Shown: in pieces, positions 8,816 to 18,587 of the stretch
Position numbering within the stretch: the first letter of the stretch is position 1
How the letters are laid out: each line of letters begins with the position of its first letter
Assembly (NCBI GenBank): GCA_000753945.1
Contig: JQOA01000002.1
Span: forward strand, 1-37,406
Length of the DNA stretch: 37,406 nucleotides
Reading direction: 5' to 3'
Source: Smithella sp. D17
GTDB taxonomy: Bacteria > Desulfobacterota > Syntrophia > Syntrophales > Smithellaceae
Made by a program: the position numbers and the translations under genes
Notes under the pieces: generated by a model
The model's database searches: none
What the model was told of the DNA's origin: nothing
The model's input: only the letters and a program-made list of their open reading frames with translations

Positions 8816-10087
8816 ATGACACAAGTCAAGCTGACTGTATCGGAGAGTAACCGGCCGTTTGCTTTGAATGGTTTTAACTTTCCCGATTTCATAAGTCCTT
8901 CCATACACAAAGGAGAAACGGCTCAAACTCATTATTTTTTTCAATCATCAAAACGTTCGATTATTTCTCTGCGTGTTGATCTCAAGGGTGAGGAAAAAAA
9001 TTGTGAACCTGATCTGGTAAAAGAAAAATGTAAATGGTCGGTAGATGAGGATAAATTTCCTTATGGACAAACAGAGAGTCAGTGGTGGGAATATTGTCTT
9101 GCTCCGCATAGCTATCTTCCTCTTGAAAATAGTAAGATTCAGGTGGGACTTAATCTGTTTAACCGCTTTTTGCACATAGATGTCAGCTCTCAGTCTGCTC
9201 AATTAATTGATCCCGAAATCGGAAATGAGATGCTTTCGACAACCAACTGGTTTGATAAAACGACGGGCGAATTATGGTTTGCATCATGGCCGGTTGAAGG
9301 AACCGCTCTGCGTATTTTGAAGCCGCGGGAAAATATCCGCGTAACGATATGGAAACTTTCCCTTCAAAACAAAAAAGTCAAGCGGGTTTGGCAGGGAGAT
9401 TTCAGCGATTCATTGCACCAGCTGTTGTTAAGCCCGGACCGGCGTTTTCTTATTTTGACTGAGCTGGGTTTGTATTTTGAAGAAAGAAAACTGATTCCAT
9501 CAAGAATACTTATTTTAAATCTGAAAACGGGAGAGAAATGGCGATTGCCCATTACAACTGCGGGACATGTGGAGTTTGATCCCGAAGAGCAAAACGCCTG
9601 TTATGTTTCCTGTCACAATATCGGACTAATGGGGGTTAAGGTCGGCATATTCGGCCCCGGCATTATTAAGAAAATCAGACTGGGTGAAAATGGTCCGAAA
9701 TTGGAAGGAGAATTTTCTCATCCCGATTTTCATCGAATTACCACACACATCGTTTTTCGTCATCGAGGGGAAACTCTTATTGCTGTCAGTGGTTATCCTG
9801 ATAAAGTGTTTTTGATTAACGCCGCCACGATGAAGCTTTATAAAATTTTAAAACTGGATCAGGGAGAAAAAGTTGACACTTTGGCTGCTCCTCATCTTTG
9901 CAGCCAGGATAGTTACGGAATAGTAGCTTCCAAAGATGGTGAAGCTATTCTTGTTGCAGGTACCGGCTTTATCAATGTTGCTTTAATTGAAGAAGGAAAA
10001 TTTTCTTTTACAAGAAATATTGATGATTATAGTTCCAACTCATGCTTTACAGGACATATCGGTGTTTTAAATTACCTGAAGGAATAA
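8816..10087 (+). CDS. Hypothetical protein, 423 aa, no recognisable motif
   Basis: Long uninterrupted ORF at the head of the cluster, 1 nt from the next ORF. I recognise no family. Confidence 0.6.
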   Translation: MTQVKLTVSESNRPFALNGFNFPDFISPSIHKGETAQTHYFFQSSKRSIISLRVDLKGEEKNCEPDLVKEKCKWSVDEDKFPYGQTESQWWEYCLAPHSYLPLENSKIQVGLNLFNRFLHIDVSSQSAQLIDPEIGNEMLSTTNWFDKTTGELWFASWPVEGTALRILKPRENIRVTIWKLSLQNKKVKRVWQGDFSDSLHQLLLSPDRRFLILTELGLYFEERKLIPSRILILNLKTGEKWRLPITTAGHVEFDPEEQNACYVSCHNIGLMGVKVGIFGPGIIKKIRLGENGPKLEGEFSHPDFHRITTHIVFRHRGETLIAVSGYPDKVFLINAATMKLYKILKLDQGEKVDTLAAPHLCSQDSYGIVASKDGEAILVAGTGFINVALIEEGKFSFTRNIDDYSSNSCFTGHIGVLNYLKE

Positions 10088-10088
10088 C

Positions 10089-10373
10089 ATGAGGTCTGAT
10101 TTAATATTGCGGGAAGATGATTTTTGTCTCGATTTTTTTAATGGGGGCGAAAATATTTATAAGAAGGGTTCTTCACGGCGGGAAGAATTGTCTTCTAATG
10201 ACAATATATATGTTTTACAGGAGATAATAATAGTCCCGCCTGACATGATTAAAGAGGCAAACAATTTCTCGGCGATGTCTATCGCTCCGCAACGAAGCAA
10301 CAAGCCTTTGATTTTTATTGGTCATTCTGATCTTCCCGTTCAATATGCCTCAATTACAGCAAAAACAAAATGA
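10089..10373 (+). CDS. Hypothetical 94-aa ORF, possibly the N-terminal part of a frameshifted chorismatase-like gene
   Basis: Ends inside the A-rich stretch GCAAAAACAAAATGA and overlaps the next ORF, which is in another frame. Confidence 0.4.
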   Translation: MRSDLILREDDFCLDFFNGGENIYKKGSSRREELSSNDNIYVLQEIIIVPPDMIKEANNFSAMSIAPQRSNKPLIFIGHSDLPVQYASITAKTK

Positions 10374-10749
10374 ACCAATCGCTTACGGGAAATTGTTCAG
10401 TCGTGCAGTGATTGTTGAATTTCCCAAATCCAAATTATTATATATCAGCGGAACTGCCTCGATAGATAAGACGGGGATATCGGTTTACCCGGGAGATTTA
10501 AAAAGCCAAATGGAGTTTACACTGGAGAGAAAATCAGCAATTTTGAAACAGGAAGGTTGTGATTATTCTAATATAGCTCAAGCAATCATTTATCTAAAAA
10601 GAAGTGAAGATATGCGCTCCTGTATTGCTATGCTTGATAAGATGGGATTTCCGCGAGACAGAGCGCTATTCCAGCTTGGCGTTGATATATGCAGAGATAA
10701 TTTGTTGTGCGAAATCGAAGCCACTGCGGTTATTAATAAAATTTCATAG
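10318..10749 (+). CDS. RidA/YjgF-fold protein with chorismatase (FkbO/Hyg5/XanB2)-type motifs; likely start at 10345
   Basis: YGKLFSRAVIV...LLYISGTASIDKTG. The FSRA and SGTASI motifs are characteristic of the chorismatase branch rather than classical RidA. Confidence 0.55.
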   Translation: MVILIFPFNMPQLQQKQNEPIAYGKLFSRAVIVEFPKSKLLYISGTASIDKTGISVYPGDLKSQMEFTLERKSAILKQEGCDYSNIAQAIIYLKRSEDMRSCIAMLDKMGFPRDRALFQLGVDICRDNLLCEIEATAVINKIS

Positions 10750-10822
10750 CCAATGCGGCCGATTTTCGAAAAGCTTTTAAATAATCCTTAAGAACCTTAG
10801 CTAATGAAACGAAAGAAAACCT

Positions 10823-12019
10823 ATGGTTAATTTCACGCTACAACCTTTAAAACTGATTAACTCCATTTATGACACGACTTCTGTTTTTGTAGCTCGATCA
10901 TCACCAAATGCTTCTCGTTGGCTGCCGCGGGGCGATATCTTTCTGGACATGCTTACTTCCGGTATGTTGACGATTATTGGCAATATGCCAGTTGTGTGCG
11001 CCGCGTCGGTGTCTACTGAGCATGCCTTGAATCTTCTGAGCGATGCTGGTTTTCAGCTTCCGCATAAAATACACCGTTATTTCGATGCGGCCAACTATAT
11101 AAAACTAATCAAAGAACTTTGTGCTAACGGGTATAATGTTGTTACGCAGCATGTTCATCCGATATCTGAAATATCTCGGGTAAATTGCTGGATAGATCCT
11201 TCGCTTCTGTCCTTTGTAAACAACAAGGCGAATTTAGAGAAATTTGTTCCTGATAAAAATATTCCATACCGTAATATTTTGCCTGTAAAACAAATATTTA
11301 ACGCGGACATAATATGGCGCCTACCGATAGTTATAAAGGCCGTAACCGATGAATCCACAGGTGGAGGTATTGATGTTCGTATTTGCCGTAGTGGCGATGA
11401 TATTAAAAAGGCTGCTGAATATTTCGAAGACTGCCATGATTTAGTAGTTGAGGAGTATCTGGATATTCAGCGAAATCTATGCCTCCATTACTGTGTGTCG
11501 GTTGATGGCAGTATCGATTATTTGGGATTTACTGAACAGGTCAGCGATGAGCGTGGCATATACCGAGGAAATTGGATTGAGGTTGAAGCTGATTGTCCAG
11601 TCGAGGTTCTTAAAATATGTGTATTGATAGTTCATACTGCCTATGAGTATGGATATCATGGCATTCTGGGTATTGATGTGGCTATGCTGAAGGATGAGAG
11701 TTTTAGAGTGTTCGATCTTAATTTTCGAATTAACGGTTCCGCACCCGCGCTGCTTTACGCCCGTAGTGTCTATGAAAATTATCAAAAGCCGGTAATCCGT
11801 TTGCGCCGTCTGAAAGGCAGTGGAAACTACCGGGATATGCTCAACTCAGTTTATCGAGCGATGATTAAAGGCATTCTGTTGCCCCTGGGCAGTTGTGATC
11901 CTGAAAAGGGAAATTATGTTGAAAAACATCCTCTTCTGACGGGGATGATTCTCGGCGAGACGCGTCAAGATGTTTTAGAGAATGAACGCGAACTGGCCTC
12001 CATGGGGCTGGATATATAA
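10823..12019 (+). CDS. ATP-grasp domain ligase
   Basis: 398 aa. The central and C-terminal part looks like an ATP-grasp fold (VIKAVTDESTGGGIDV..., VVEEYLD, GILGIDVAM...VFDLNFRINGS). Confidence 0.7.
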   Translation: MVNFTLQPLKLINSIYDTTSVFVARSSPNASRWLPRGDIFLDMLTSGMLTIIGNMPVVCAASVSTEHALNLLSDAGFQLPHKIHRYFDAANYIKLIKELCANGYNVVTQHVHPISEISRVNCWIDPSLLSFVNNKANLEKFVPDKNIPYRNILPVKQIFNADIIWRLPIVIKAVTDESTGGGIDVRICRSGDDIKKAAEYFEDCHDLVVEEYLDIQRNLCLHYCVSVDGSIDYLGFTEQVSDERGIYRGNWIEVEADCPVEVLKICVLIVHTAYEYGYHGILGIDVAMLKDESFRVFDLNFRINGSAPALLYARSVYENYQKPVIRLRRLKGSGNYRDMLNSVYRAMIKGILLPLGSCDPEKGNYVEKHPLLTGMILGETRQDVLENERELASMGLDI

Positions 12020-12037
12020 AAAAGGTCGCCTGAAAGT

Positions 12038-13348
12038 ATGAAAATAGTGAAAGTCTATAGTGAAACTGTGAGACGTTATGGGTTCTGGTTTGTTGATGCT
12101 TTGACGGGTGGACATGTCAGAAAATATCTTCATGATTTGAAAGAGAAACCAGGAGGTGAAGTTGACGCTTCTTCAAATGATTTGATGAATATTCTTAATC
12201 ATGCTGTCAATACAACAGCGTTTTACAGCGAATACAAGGGTTACTCAAACATCATGGATTTTCCAGTAATAAAAAAGAGTCTCGTCAAAGAAAAATATGA
12301 TCAGTTTATTTCATCAGAGTATAAAAACAAAAAATTGTATAAAGTGCAGACCAGTGGCTCCACCGGAGAGCGTTTTGTCATGCTGCTGAATAAAAAAAAG
12401 AGAAAAAGAGTTATTGCCGAACTTATATACTTTCTTGAGCAGTGCGGTTTTAAGTTGGGATACAGGCATGTTTATGCCAGAGTGTGGTTTGCGGGTAATA
12501 AAAAAACAAAACTGGAACTGATTGCACATAACACGATTATGTTTGATTGTTCTTTTTTATCCGACGAATCCATGGACATGCTCTATCAAATGCTGCATAA
12601 GGACAATTCCATAAAATGCCTGACCGGTTATGCCACATTTCTTGCTACAATTGCCTCTTATTTTGATAAAAAGGGATATACACCGGATATGTTCAGCATT
12701 GAAATTGTCATCAGTGGAGCCGAACGTCTGGAGCCAGGCGCTAAAACCTTGCTTAAGAAGGTATTCGGCTGCACAGTTGTTTCGAGATACGGCAACAGCG
12801 AAAATGGTTTTCTGGCGCAACAGCCCAATGACGGCGATAAATTCATATTAAATACCGCTCATTATTTCTTCGAAACGCTTAAACTGGATTCAGACGATCC
12901 TGCTCCTTTTGGAGAGCCGGCCAGATTAGTGCTGACAGATATTTACAATTACGCCATGCCGTTAATTCGTTATGATACAGAAGATATAGTCATAATGGAA
13001 ACTTCGGGAGAGAATAGTCATCGAAAATATATTTTAACTGAATTGTCCGGAAGAAAGGCGGATATAATCTACGACACGCGGGGTAATCAAATAAGTCCTC
13101 ACTTTGTTGCTTTGACTTTTCGGTGTTATGATAAGTTACCTCAATTTCAGCTTATTCAGAACAGTCTCAAACAATTTACTTTGAAATTGGAGGGTGCCCG
13201 CGGCAAATATGATGATAATGATTTTAAGGAAACGATCAGGGAACTAGTTGGCACGGATGCCATTGTCGAAATCGAGCACGTAGATAAAATACCGCATCTT
13301 TCATCAGGAAAATTTAGAAAAATAATATGCGATTATAAAGTCAATTAG
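12038..13348 (+). CDS. Phenylacetate-CoA ligase / CapK / F390-synthetase-family adenylating enzyme (paralog 1)
   Basis: TSGSTGERF P-loop-like motif, LTDIYNYAMPLIRYDTEDI, and C-terminal SGKFRKI. Confidence 0.85.
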   Translation: MKIVKVYSETVRRYGFWFVDALTGGHVRKYLHDLKEKPGGEVDASSNDLMNILNHAVNTTAFYSEYKGYSNIMDFPVIKKSLVKEKYDQFISSEYKNKKLYKVQTSGSTGERFVMLLNKKKRKRVIAELIYFLEQCGFKLGYRHVYARVWFAGNKKTKLELIAHNTIMFDCSFLSDESMDMLYQMLHKDNSIKCLTGYATFLATIASYFDKKGYTPDMFSIEIVISGAERLEPGAKTLLKKVFGCTVVSRYGNSENGFLAQQPNDGDKFILNTAHYFFETLKLDSDDPAPFGEPARLVLTDIYNYAMPLIRYDTEDIVIMETSGENSHRKYILTELSGRKADIIYDTRGNQISPHFVALTFRCYDKLPQFQLIQNSLKQFTLKLEGARGKYDDNDFKETIRELVGTDAIVEIEHVDKIPHLSSGKFRKIICDYKVN

Positions 13349-13379
13349 GAATTCTTTGGGCTTTAAGGTGGTTGACTAG

Positions 13380-14702
13380 ATGATAGCAAATGCAATGTGC
13401 AAAATAAGAGGTCTTGCGTTTTGGTCTTTGGATGCCTTAAAAGGCGGAACTATAAAAAAAGCATACACTGAGTTGAAAACATTTGATGCTACTGATAGTC
13501 GTTCTGCGAGATTTGCGGAGCATCAGAAATCAGCCCTGCAAATGCTTTTGGCGAACGCGATTAATACGACGAAATTCTATAAAAAAATTCAAGGCAACTG
13601 CCTGTCTGACTTTCCGATAATTGATAAAAATATAATCAAACATCAACAAGACGACTTTATGTCAAACAAGTATGACATAAATAAGTTGTTTACTATGACT
13701 ACAAGCGGTTCAACGGGAGTAAAGCTTACCTGCTATCAAAATGATGAAAAAAAGAAGAGGGTTTATGCAGAAGTTATATATTATAGTGGAAAAGCAGGCT
13801 ACTCAGTGGGGGGAAAATTAATTTATCTACGGGCGATTTCGGAAGAAAGCTATAAGTCTCAACTGCGCCAATGGATTCAAAATGAGACATTGCTGGATAT
13901 ATGTAATTTGGATGACAAGCGTATTGAAGATATACTATACGACATTGACAGGGCATCCCGTTGGGGTTCAACGATATTGGCTTATGCGTCGACTTTTGAG
14001 GCGTTTAAAGATTACTTCCGGAGAAAAGGAATGTCCAAAGTCGGCAAAAATAAAGTATGCGGTATAATTAGCAGTTCCGAAATGCTTTTTGATGATACCA
14101 GAGACGTTTTATCCGATGCGTTTCACTGCCGCTGCTTTTCACGATACTCTAATCAGGAAAACGGCATCATCGGACAGGATGATATTGAAGATAATGCTTT
14201 TATAATCAATGAGGTTCATTACATAGTCGAAGTGCTTAAAATGAATTCAGACATATTGGCAGAAGAGGGAGAAGTCGGCCGTATTGTAATAACTGATTTA
14301 TACAATTACGCCATGCCGATGATTCGCTATGATACAGGAGATATAGGTTCGATTGTCTATATTCAGAGAAATGGTGTGAGTAAAAAAGCCATAACAAATT
14401 TTGGAGGGCGCAGGGTAGATATGGTATTTGATTGTTATGGCAATCGCCTGTCGCCACATATCATTACGGTTAATTTCTGGCAGTTTCCTGAAATTCAGCA
14501 ATATCAGTTCATTCAGGAAAGTAAAATAAATTATACATTGAAGATTAATACTCAGGACAGATTTGTCAGACAAAAGGAAATGGAGACATTATTAGAAAAA
14601 TTGCTGGGTGATAAAGCTGTTATAACGATAGAAGAGGTTGAAGAAATACCTGTATTGGCTTCTGGAAAAAGAAAATATATTGTAAATAATTATGTGCCAT
14701 AA
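13380..14702 (+). CDS. Phenylacetate-CoA ligase / CapK / F390-synthetase-family adenylating enzyme (paralog 2)
   Basis: TTSGSTGVKL, ITDLYNYAMPMIRYDTGDIG and SGKRKYI. It is collinear with paralog 1. Confidence 0.85.
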   Translation: MIANAMCKIRGLAFWSLDALKGGTIKKAYTELKTFDATDSRSARFAEHQKSALQMLLANAINTTKFYKKIQGNCLSDFPIIDKNIIKHQQDDFMSNKYDINKLFTMTTSGSTGVKLTCYQNDEKKKRVYAEVIYYSGKAGYSVGGKLIYLRAISEESYKSQLRQWIQNETLLDICNLDDKRIEDILYDIDRASRWGSTILAYASTFEAFKDYFRRKGMSKVGKNKVCGIISSSEMLFDDTRDVLSDAFHCRCFSRYSNQENGIIGQDDIEDNAFIINEVHYIVEVLKMNSDILAEEGEVGRIVITDLYNYAMPMIRYDTGDIGSIVYIQRNGVSKKAITNFGGRRVDMVFDCYGNRLSPHIITVNFWQFPEIQQYQFIQESKINYTLKINTQDRFVRQKEMETLLEKLLGDKAVITIEEVEEIPVLASGKRKYIVNNYVP

Positions 14703-14764
14703 TGATAATAATTAGTTTGAATATTTTTATATAAGCTCGTCAAAAATAAAAAAAAGGTCTATGG

Positions 14765-15445
14765 ATGGCAACTAATCGATGTAAAAATAAATTCTATCTA
14801 TACTTCGGCAAACGCGCATTTGATTTGGCAGTAGCTATTCCTGCTGCCATTGTTTTAATACCCGTGTTTATAATAATTGCATTTCTTGTACGCTGGAGAT
14901 TAGGAAGCCCGATTTTATTCAAACAGATGCGTCCGGGACTGTGGGAAAATCCTTTTACAATTCTCAAATTCCGAACTATGACCGATGCGCGTGACAAAGA
15001 CGGCAAAATGCTTCCTGATGATAAACGTTTGACGCGTCTGGGCGCTTTCCTGCGCAAGACGAGTATTGATGAATTGCCGGAATTGATAAATGTAATAAAA
15101 GGCGAAATGAGTATTGTCGGGCCGCGCCCCCTGTTTATGGAATATCTGCCATACTATACAAAACGGGAGCATTTGCGTCATACTGTTCGTCCGGGAATTA
15201 CGGGATTATCGCAGATAAGAGGCAGAAATTATCTGCCATGGGATGAGCGTCTGGAAATGGACGTAAAATATATCGAGATCATTTCTTTTCCTCAGGATAT
15301 AAAAATTATATTTGAAACTTTCTTCCAGGTTTTAAAGGCAAAAGATGTTGCTGTTTTACCCAGGACAGTAAGTATTCCTTTGTCGGAATATAGAGCGAAA
15401 CGTAAAGAAAAGAAATCTGATTGCTTAAGTGTGAATTTGAAATAA
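14765..15445 (+). CDS. Small polyprenyl-phosphate sugar-1-phosphate transferase (bacterial sugar transferase, PglC/WbaP C-terminal type)
   Basis: One N-terminal hydrophobic helix. Motifs LFKQMRPG, KFRTM, DELPELINVIKGEMSIVGPRP. Confidence 0.9.
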   Translation: MATNRCKNKFYLYFGKRAFDLAVAIPAAIVLIPVFIIIAFLVRWRLGSPILFKQMRPGLWENPFTILKFRTMTDARDKDGKMLPDDKRLTRLGAFLRKTSIDELPELINVIKGEMSIVGPRPLFMEYLPYYTKREHLRHTVRPGITGLSQIRGRNYLPWDERLEMDVKYIEIISFPQDIKIIFETFFQVLKAKDVAVLPRTVSIPLSEYRAKRKEKKSDCLSVNLK

Positions 15446-15465
15446 CTTTATTTTTACAGGTATAT

Positions 15466-16530
15466 ATGAATATATTAATAACAGGAATAGGCGGTCCGAC
15501 GCCGATTGGAATTGCCAAAAGTATACTCCTGAATGGTAAGTTTAAAAGTGCAAGACTTATTGGAGTTGATTCGAATAAATATGCTCCGGGTTTATATAAC
15601 AAAGAACTTTTTGATAAAACTTATCTGATTCCTCATTCTTCAAGTGACAATTATTGGAGTGTTTTGGAGTCAATTATTTCTAAAGAACACATCGACTATT
15701 CTTTCGTCGTTCCCGAATTGGAAGTATTAAAATGGTCTTCAAAAATGAAGACAGACAGGATACCGTGTGACTCGCTTCTTCCCGATTATGATGTAGCAAA
15801 AGTTCTATATGATAAATATGAAATGCATCATAGATTAATTCGTTCTAATTTGGTTCCCGGAACAATAAAAGTTGAATCAACTGAGATTGAAAAAAATATC
15901 GGTAATTTTCCCAAAAATACTTTTTGGGTCCGGGCAGGATTCGGCGCGGGAGCGATAGGATCATTCAAAATCAATAAAATGGATGATCTTAAAGCATGGA
16001 TAAAAATAAATCCGCATATTAAAGACTTTATTGTCAGTGAATATTTGCCCGGCAGAAATTATGCATGCAAGATACTTTTTTACGAAGGAAAAGCAATCAG
16101 AGCGTCATGTGCTCAGAGAATTGATTACTTAATGGCTCATGTTGCGCCGTCGGGAATTTCCGGAATGTGTTCAAGAGGAAAACTTATCAATAAGCGGGAA
16201 ATTGTCGACACCTCCATCAAAGCCTTGAAAATCATTTTTGACGGTTGCGGACAGGAGCCGCATGGAATGTTTACAGTTGATTATCGTGAGGATGAGTGCG
16301 GAAATCCAAAAATAACCGAAATAAATATTAGACATGTATCGTTCACATTGGCATTTGCTTTATGCGGAGCAAATTTTGCAGAGGATTCACTGAGACTTTA
16401 CTTAAATGATTCTTCTTTTGATCGTGTATTTAAAATCTATGAGTTTGATGATGACTATACATTCATTAGGGGAGTTGATGCACAGATACAAGTTTTAAAG
16501 GACTCTGAGATAAAATCTTTCATTTCGTAA
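15466..16530 (+). CDS. ATP-grasp domain ligase (carbamoyl-phosphate-synthase-L-like)
   Basis: The start MNILITGIGGPTPIG at 15466 is preferred over the TTG at 15421. ATP-grasp-like core (FWVRAGFGAGAIGS, SEYLPGRNYAC, EINIRH). Confidence 0.72.
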   Translation: MNILITGIGGPTPIGIAKSILLNGKFKSARLIGVDSNKYAPGLYNKELFDKTYLIPHSSSDNYWSVLESIISKEHIDYSFVVPELEVLKWSSKMKTDRIPCDSLLPDYDVAKVLYDKYEMHHRLIRSNLVPGTIKVESTEIEKNIGNFPKNTFWVRAGFGAGAIGSFKINKMDDLKAWIKINPHIKDFIVSEYLPGRNYACKILFYEGKAIRASCAQRIDYLMAHVAPSGISGMCSRGKLINKREIVDTSIKALKIIFDGCGQEPHGMFTVDYREDECGNPKITEINIRHVSFTLAFALCGANFAEDSLRLYLNDSSFDRVFKIYEFDDDYTFIRGVDAQIQVLKDSEIKSFIS

Positions 16531-16599
16531 GAATTGATAGTCATAAATTAAATAATTCTTATTATAAGAATATTTCATGAATGGGGATAATAAAACATA

Positions 16600-18453
16600 A
16601 TGTGCGGTATTGTAGGAAAATATTATTTCAATATTAATCAATACGATGCTTCCGATTTGCCCGGAATGATGAAGATAATATCCCATAGAGGGCCCGATTC
16701 TTCGGGTACTTTTACAGATGGCGTCATGGCGATTGGTTTTCAACGCCTCAGCATCATCGATGTAACTACAGGCGATCAGCCTATTTATAATGAGACAGGG
16801 AAAATAGTTCTTGTCGCCAATGGAGAAATCTATAATTTCAAAGAGCTCCGGGCGACACTTCAATCTATTGGCCATGTCTTCAGAACAAAGACGGATTGTG
16901 AAGTGATTATTCATCTTTATGAAGAATACGGGAATAGTTTTGTAGAAAAATTAAACGGTATGTTTGCTTTTTGTCTCTACGATTCTGAAAAGCAGCTTTT
17001 GATAATAGCGAGGGATCGCATGGGAATCAAACCACTCTATTACTGCCAAACTGAAGATGTTTTAATCTTTGCATCCGAAATCAAAGGCATTCTTGCCGCT
17101 AATAGAATATCAGCAGTGCCTGAAGCAAATGTTCTGGATGAATATCTTTGTTTCGGATCTTTGTGCAAGGGGAGAACGTTTTTCTCCAAGATTGTAAGTT
17201 TAGAACCAGGCTGTCTTGTGGAAGTAACGAGCAGAAGAATTCATTCCCAAAGATACTGGATGCCGGGAATTGTTGAAAGCGTTCTTAGCGAAGCTCAGTA
17301 CATTGAGAAAATAGAGTCCGCCGTGAATAATTCAGTGCAGCGGCAAATGATGAGCGATGTGCCTCTTGGCAGTCTCCTCAGCGGAGGAGTGGATTCGAGC
17401 TGGGTTAGTGTTGTTGCCAATAAATTAGCTCCGGGTATTAAAACATTTACAGTCGGTTTCCCGGACCCGGCACATAATGAAATTCCCTACGCGCGTTTCA
17501 CAGCCAGATCTTACGGATTTGATCATCATGATTTTGTAAGTGATAATAAGGAGTATGCCGATTCGCTGGAACAGACGATATGGCATCATGATGAACCGCT
17601 TACTTTTGCCAGTTCTGTACAAAATCGTCTGGTTTGTAGATACGCTCGCGAGTTTGTGAAGGTTGTGTTGACCGGCGAGGGAGCGGATGAATTATTCGGC
17701 GGTTATCCGCGTCAATACCTGAGCAAATTACAGAACCAATTCCTGCTGCTGGGAAACGCAAACCAAAGGCTTATCCTCCTGGCTTTAAAATTTATGCCGG
17801 TTAGAAAGATAAAAACATTAAGAAGATTCCTGGGTTTATCACCTTATGAACTCGTTCTCTGGAATGCTGTGCAAACCGAGAGGGAAAAGATTGTCTGGTT
17901 ATTCGATAAAGATGAGCCGGATATTTCCAACAGAGTCGAACAATTGAACAAAGTCTGGAATAAGAATCTCGATACAATTGACAATCTTCTTTTGTTCGAT
18001 CAGCAGACCTATCTGCGTTCGATTTTAAATATGAAAGACAAGATGAGTATGGCTGAGTCAATGGAATTAAGAGTTCCGACTCTTGATAATGAAATGATTT
18101 CCATGGCGCACGAGATTCCGGGGGGTATAAAATTAAGACAATTACAGACAAAATATTTATTCAAAAAAGCAGCGGCCAAACATATACCCAAAAAGATAGT
18201 GTATAAAAAGAAAATAGGATTTACTATTCCGGTGGATAAATGGTTGAGAGACAAGGCAGGGATAGGCAGGTATCTTGATCAGCTAATCGACTCAGCGGAT
18301 AAGATTGAAGGAATCAATAAATCCAAACTGGAGAAAGTGATTTGTGAACATAAAAGCGGAACACAAAACCATCAAAATATTCTCGGCCACTTGATTTATT
18401 ATATTATTTGGCGACAGCAATATATAGATACTAAACCTTTGTCAGTAAACTAA
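16600..18453 (+). CDS. asnB: Asparagine synthase (glutamine-hydrolysing) family amidotransferase
   Basis: MCGIVG N-terminal nucleophile and SGGVDSS PP-loop, 617 aa. Confidence 0.92.
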   Translation: MCGIVGKYYFNINQYDASDLPGMMKIISHRGPDSSGTFTDGVMAIGFQRLSIIDVTTGDQPIYNETGKIVLVANGEIYNFKELRATLQSIGHVFRTKTDCEVIIHLYEEYGNSFVEKLNGMFAFCLYDSEKQLLIIARDRMGIKPLYYCQTEDVLIFASEIKGILAANRISAVPEANVLDEYLCFGSLCKGRTFFSKIVSLEPGCLVEVTSRRIHSQRYWMPGIVESVLSEAQYIEKIESAVNNSVQRQMMSDVPLGSLLSGGVDSSWVSVVANKLAPGIKTFTVGFPDPAHNEIPYARFTARSYGFDHHDFVSDNKEYADSLEQTIWHHDEPLTFASSVQNRLVCRYAREFVKVVLTGEGADELFGGYPRQYLSKLQNQFLLLGNANQRLILLALKFMPVRKIKTLRRFLGLSPYELVLWNAVQTEREKIVWLFDKDEPDISNRVEQLNKVWNKNLDTIDNLLLFDQQTYLRSILNMKDKMSMAESMELRVPTLDNEMISMAHEIPGGIKLRQLQTKYLFKKAAAKHIPKKIVYKKKIGFTIPVDKWLRDKAGIGRYLDQLIDSADKIEGINKSKLEKVICEHKSGTQNHQNILGHLIYYIIWRQQYIDTKPLSVN

Positions 18454-18587
18454 GTGGTCTTGTTTCTTACAAAATATTCTTTAATATTTATATCAAAATA
18501 GACATGATCATTGTCTGTTCCATATTCAGAAAAAATATGTAATGTATTACAATATGCACGTAAATTTATGTTTATAGGTAAAATAGA

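Noticed and set aside
8357-8944. 195-aa minus-strand ORF spanning the SDR 3' end, the intergenic promoter region and the start of the 8816 gene.
   Set aside because: It overlaps two better-supported plus-strand genes and an AT-rich spacer, and its translation is hydrophobic and low-complexity.
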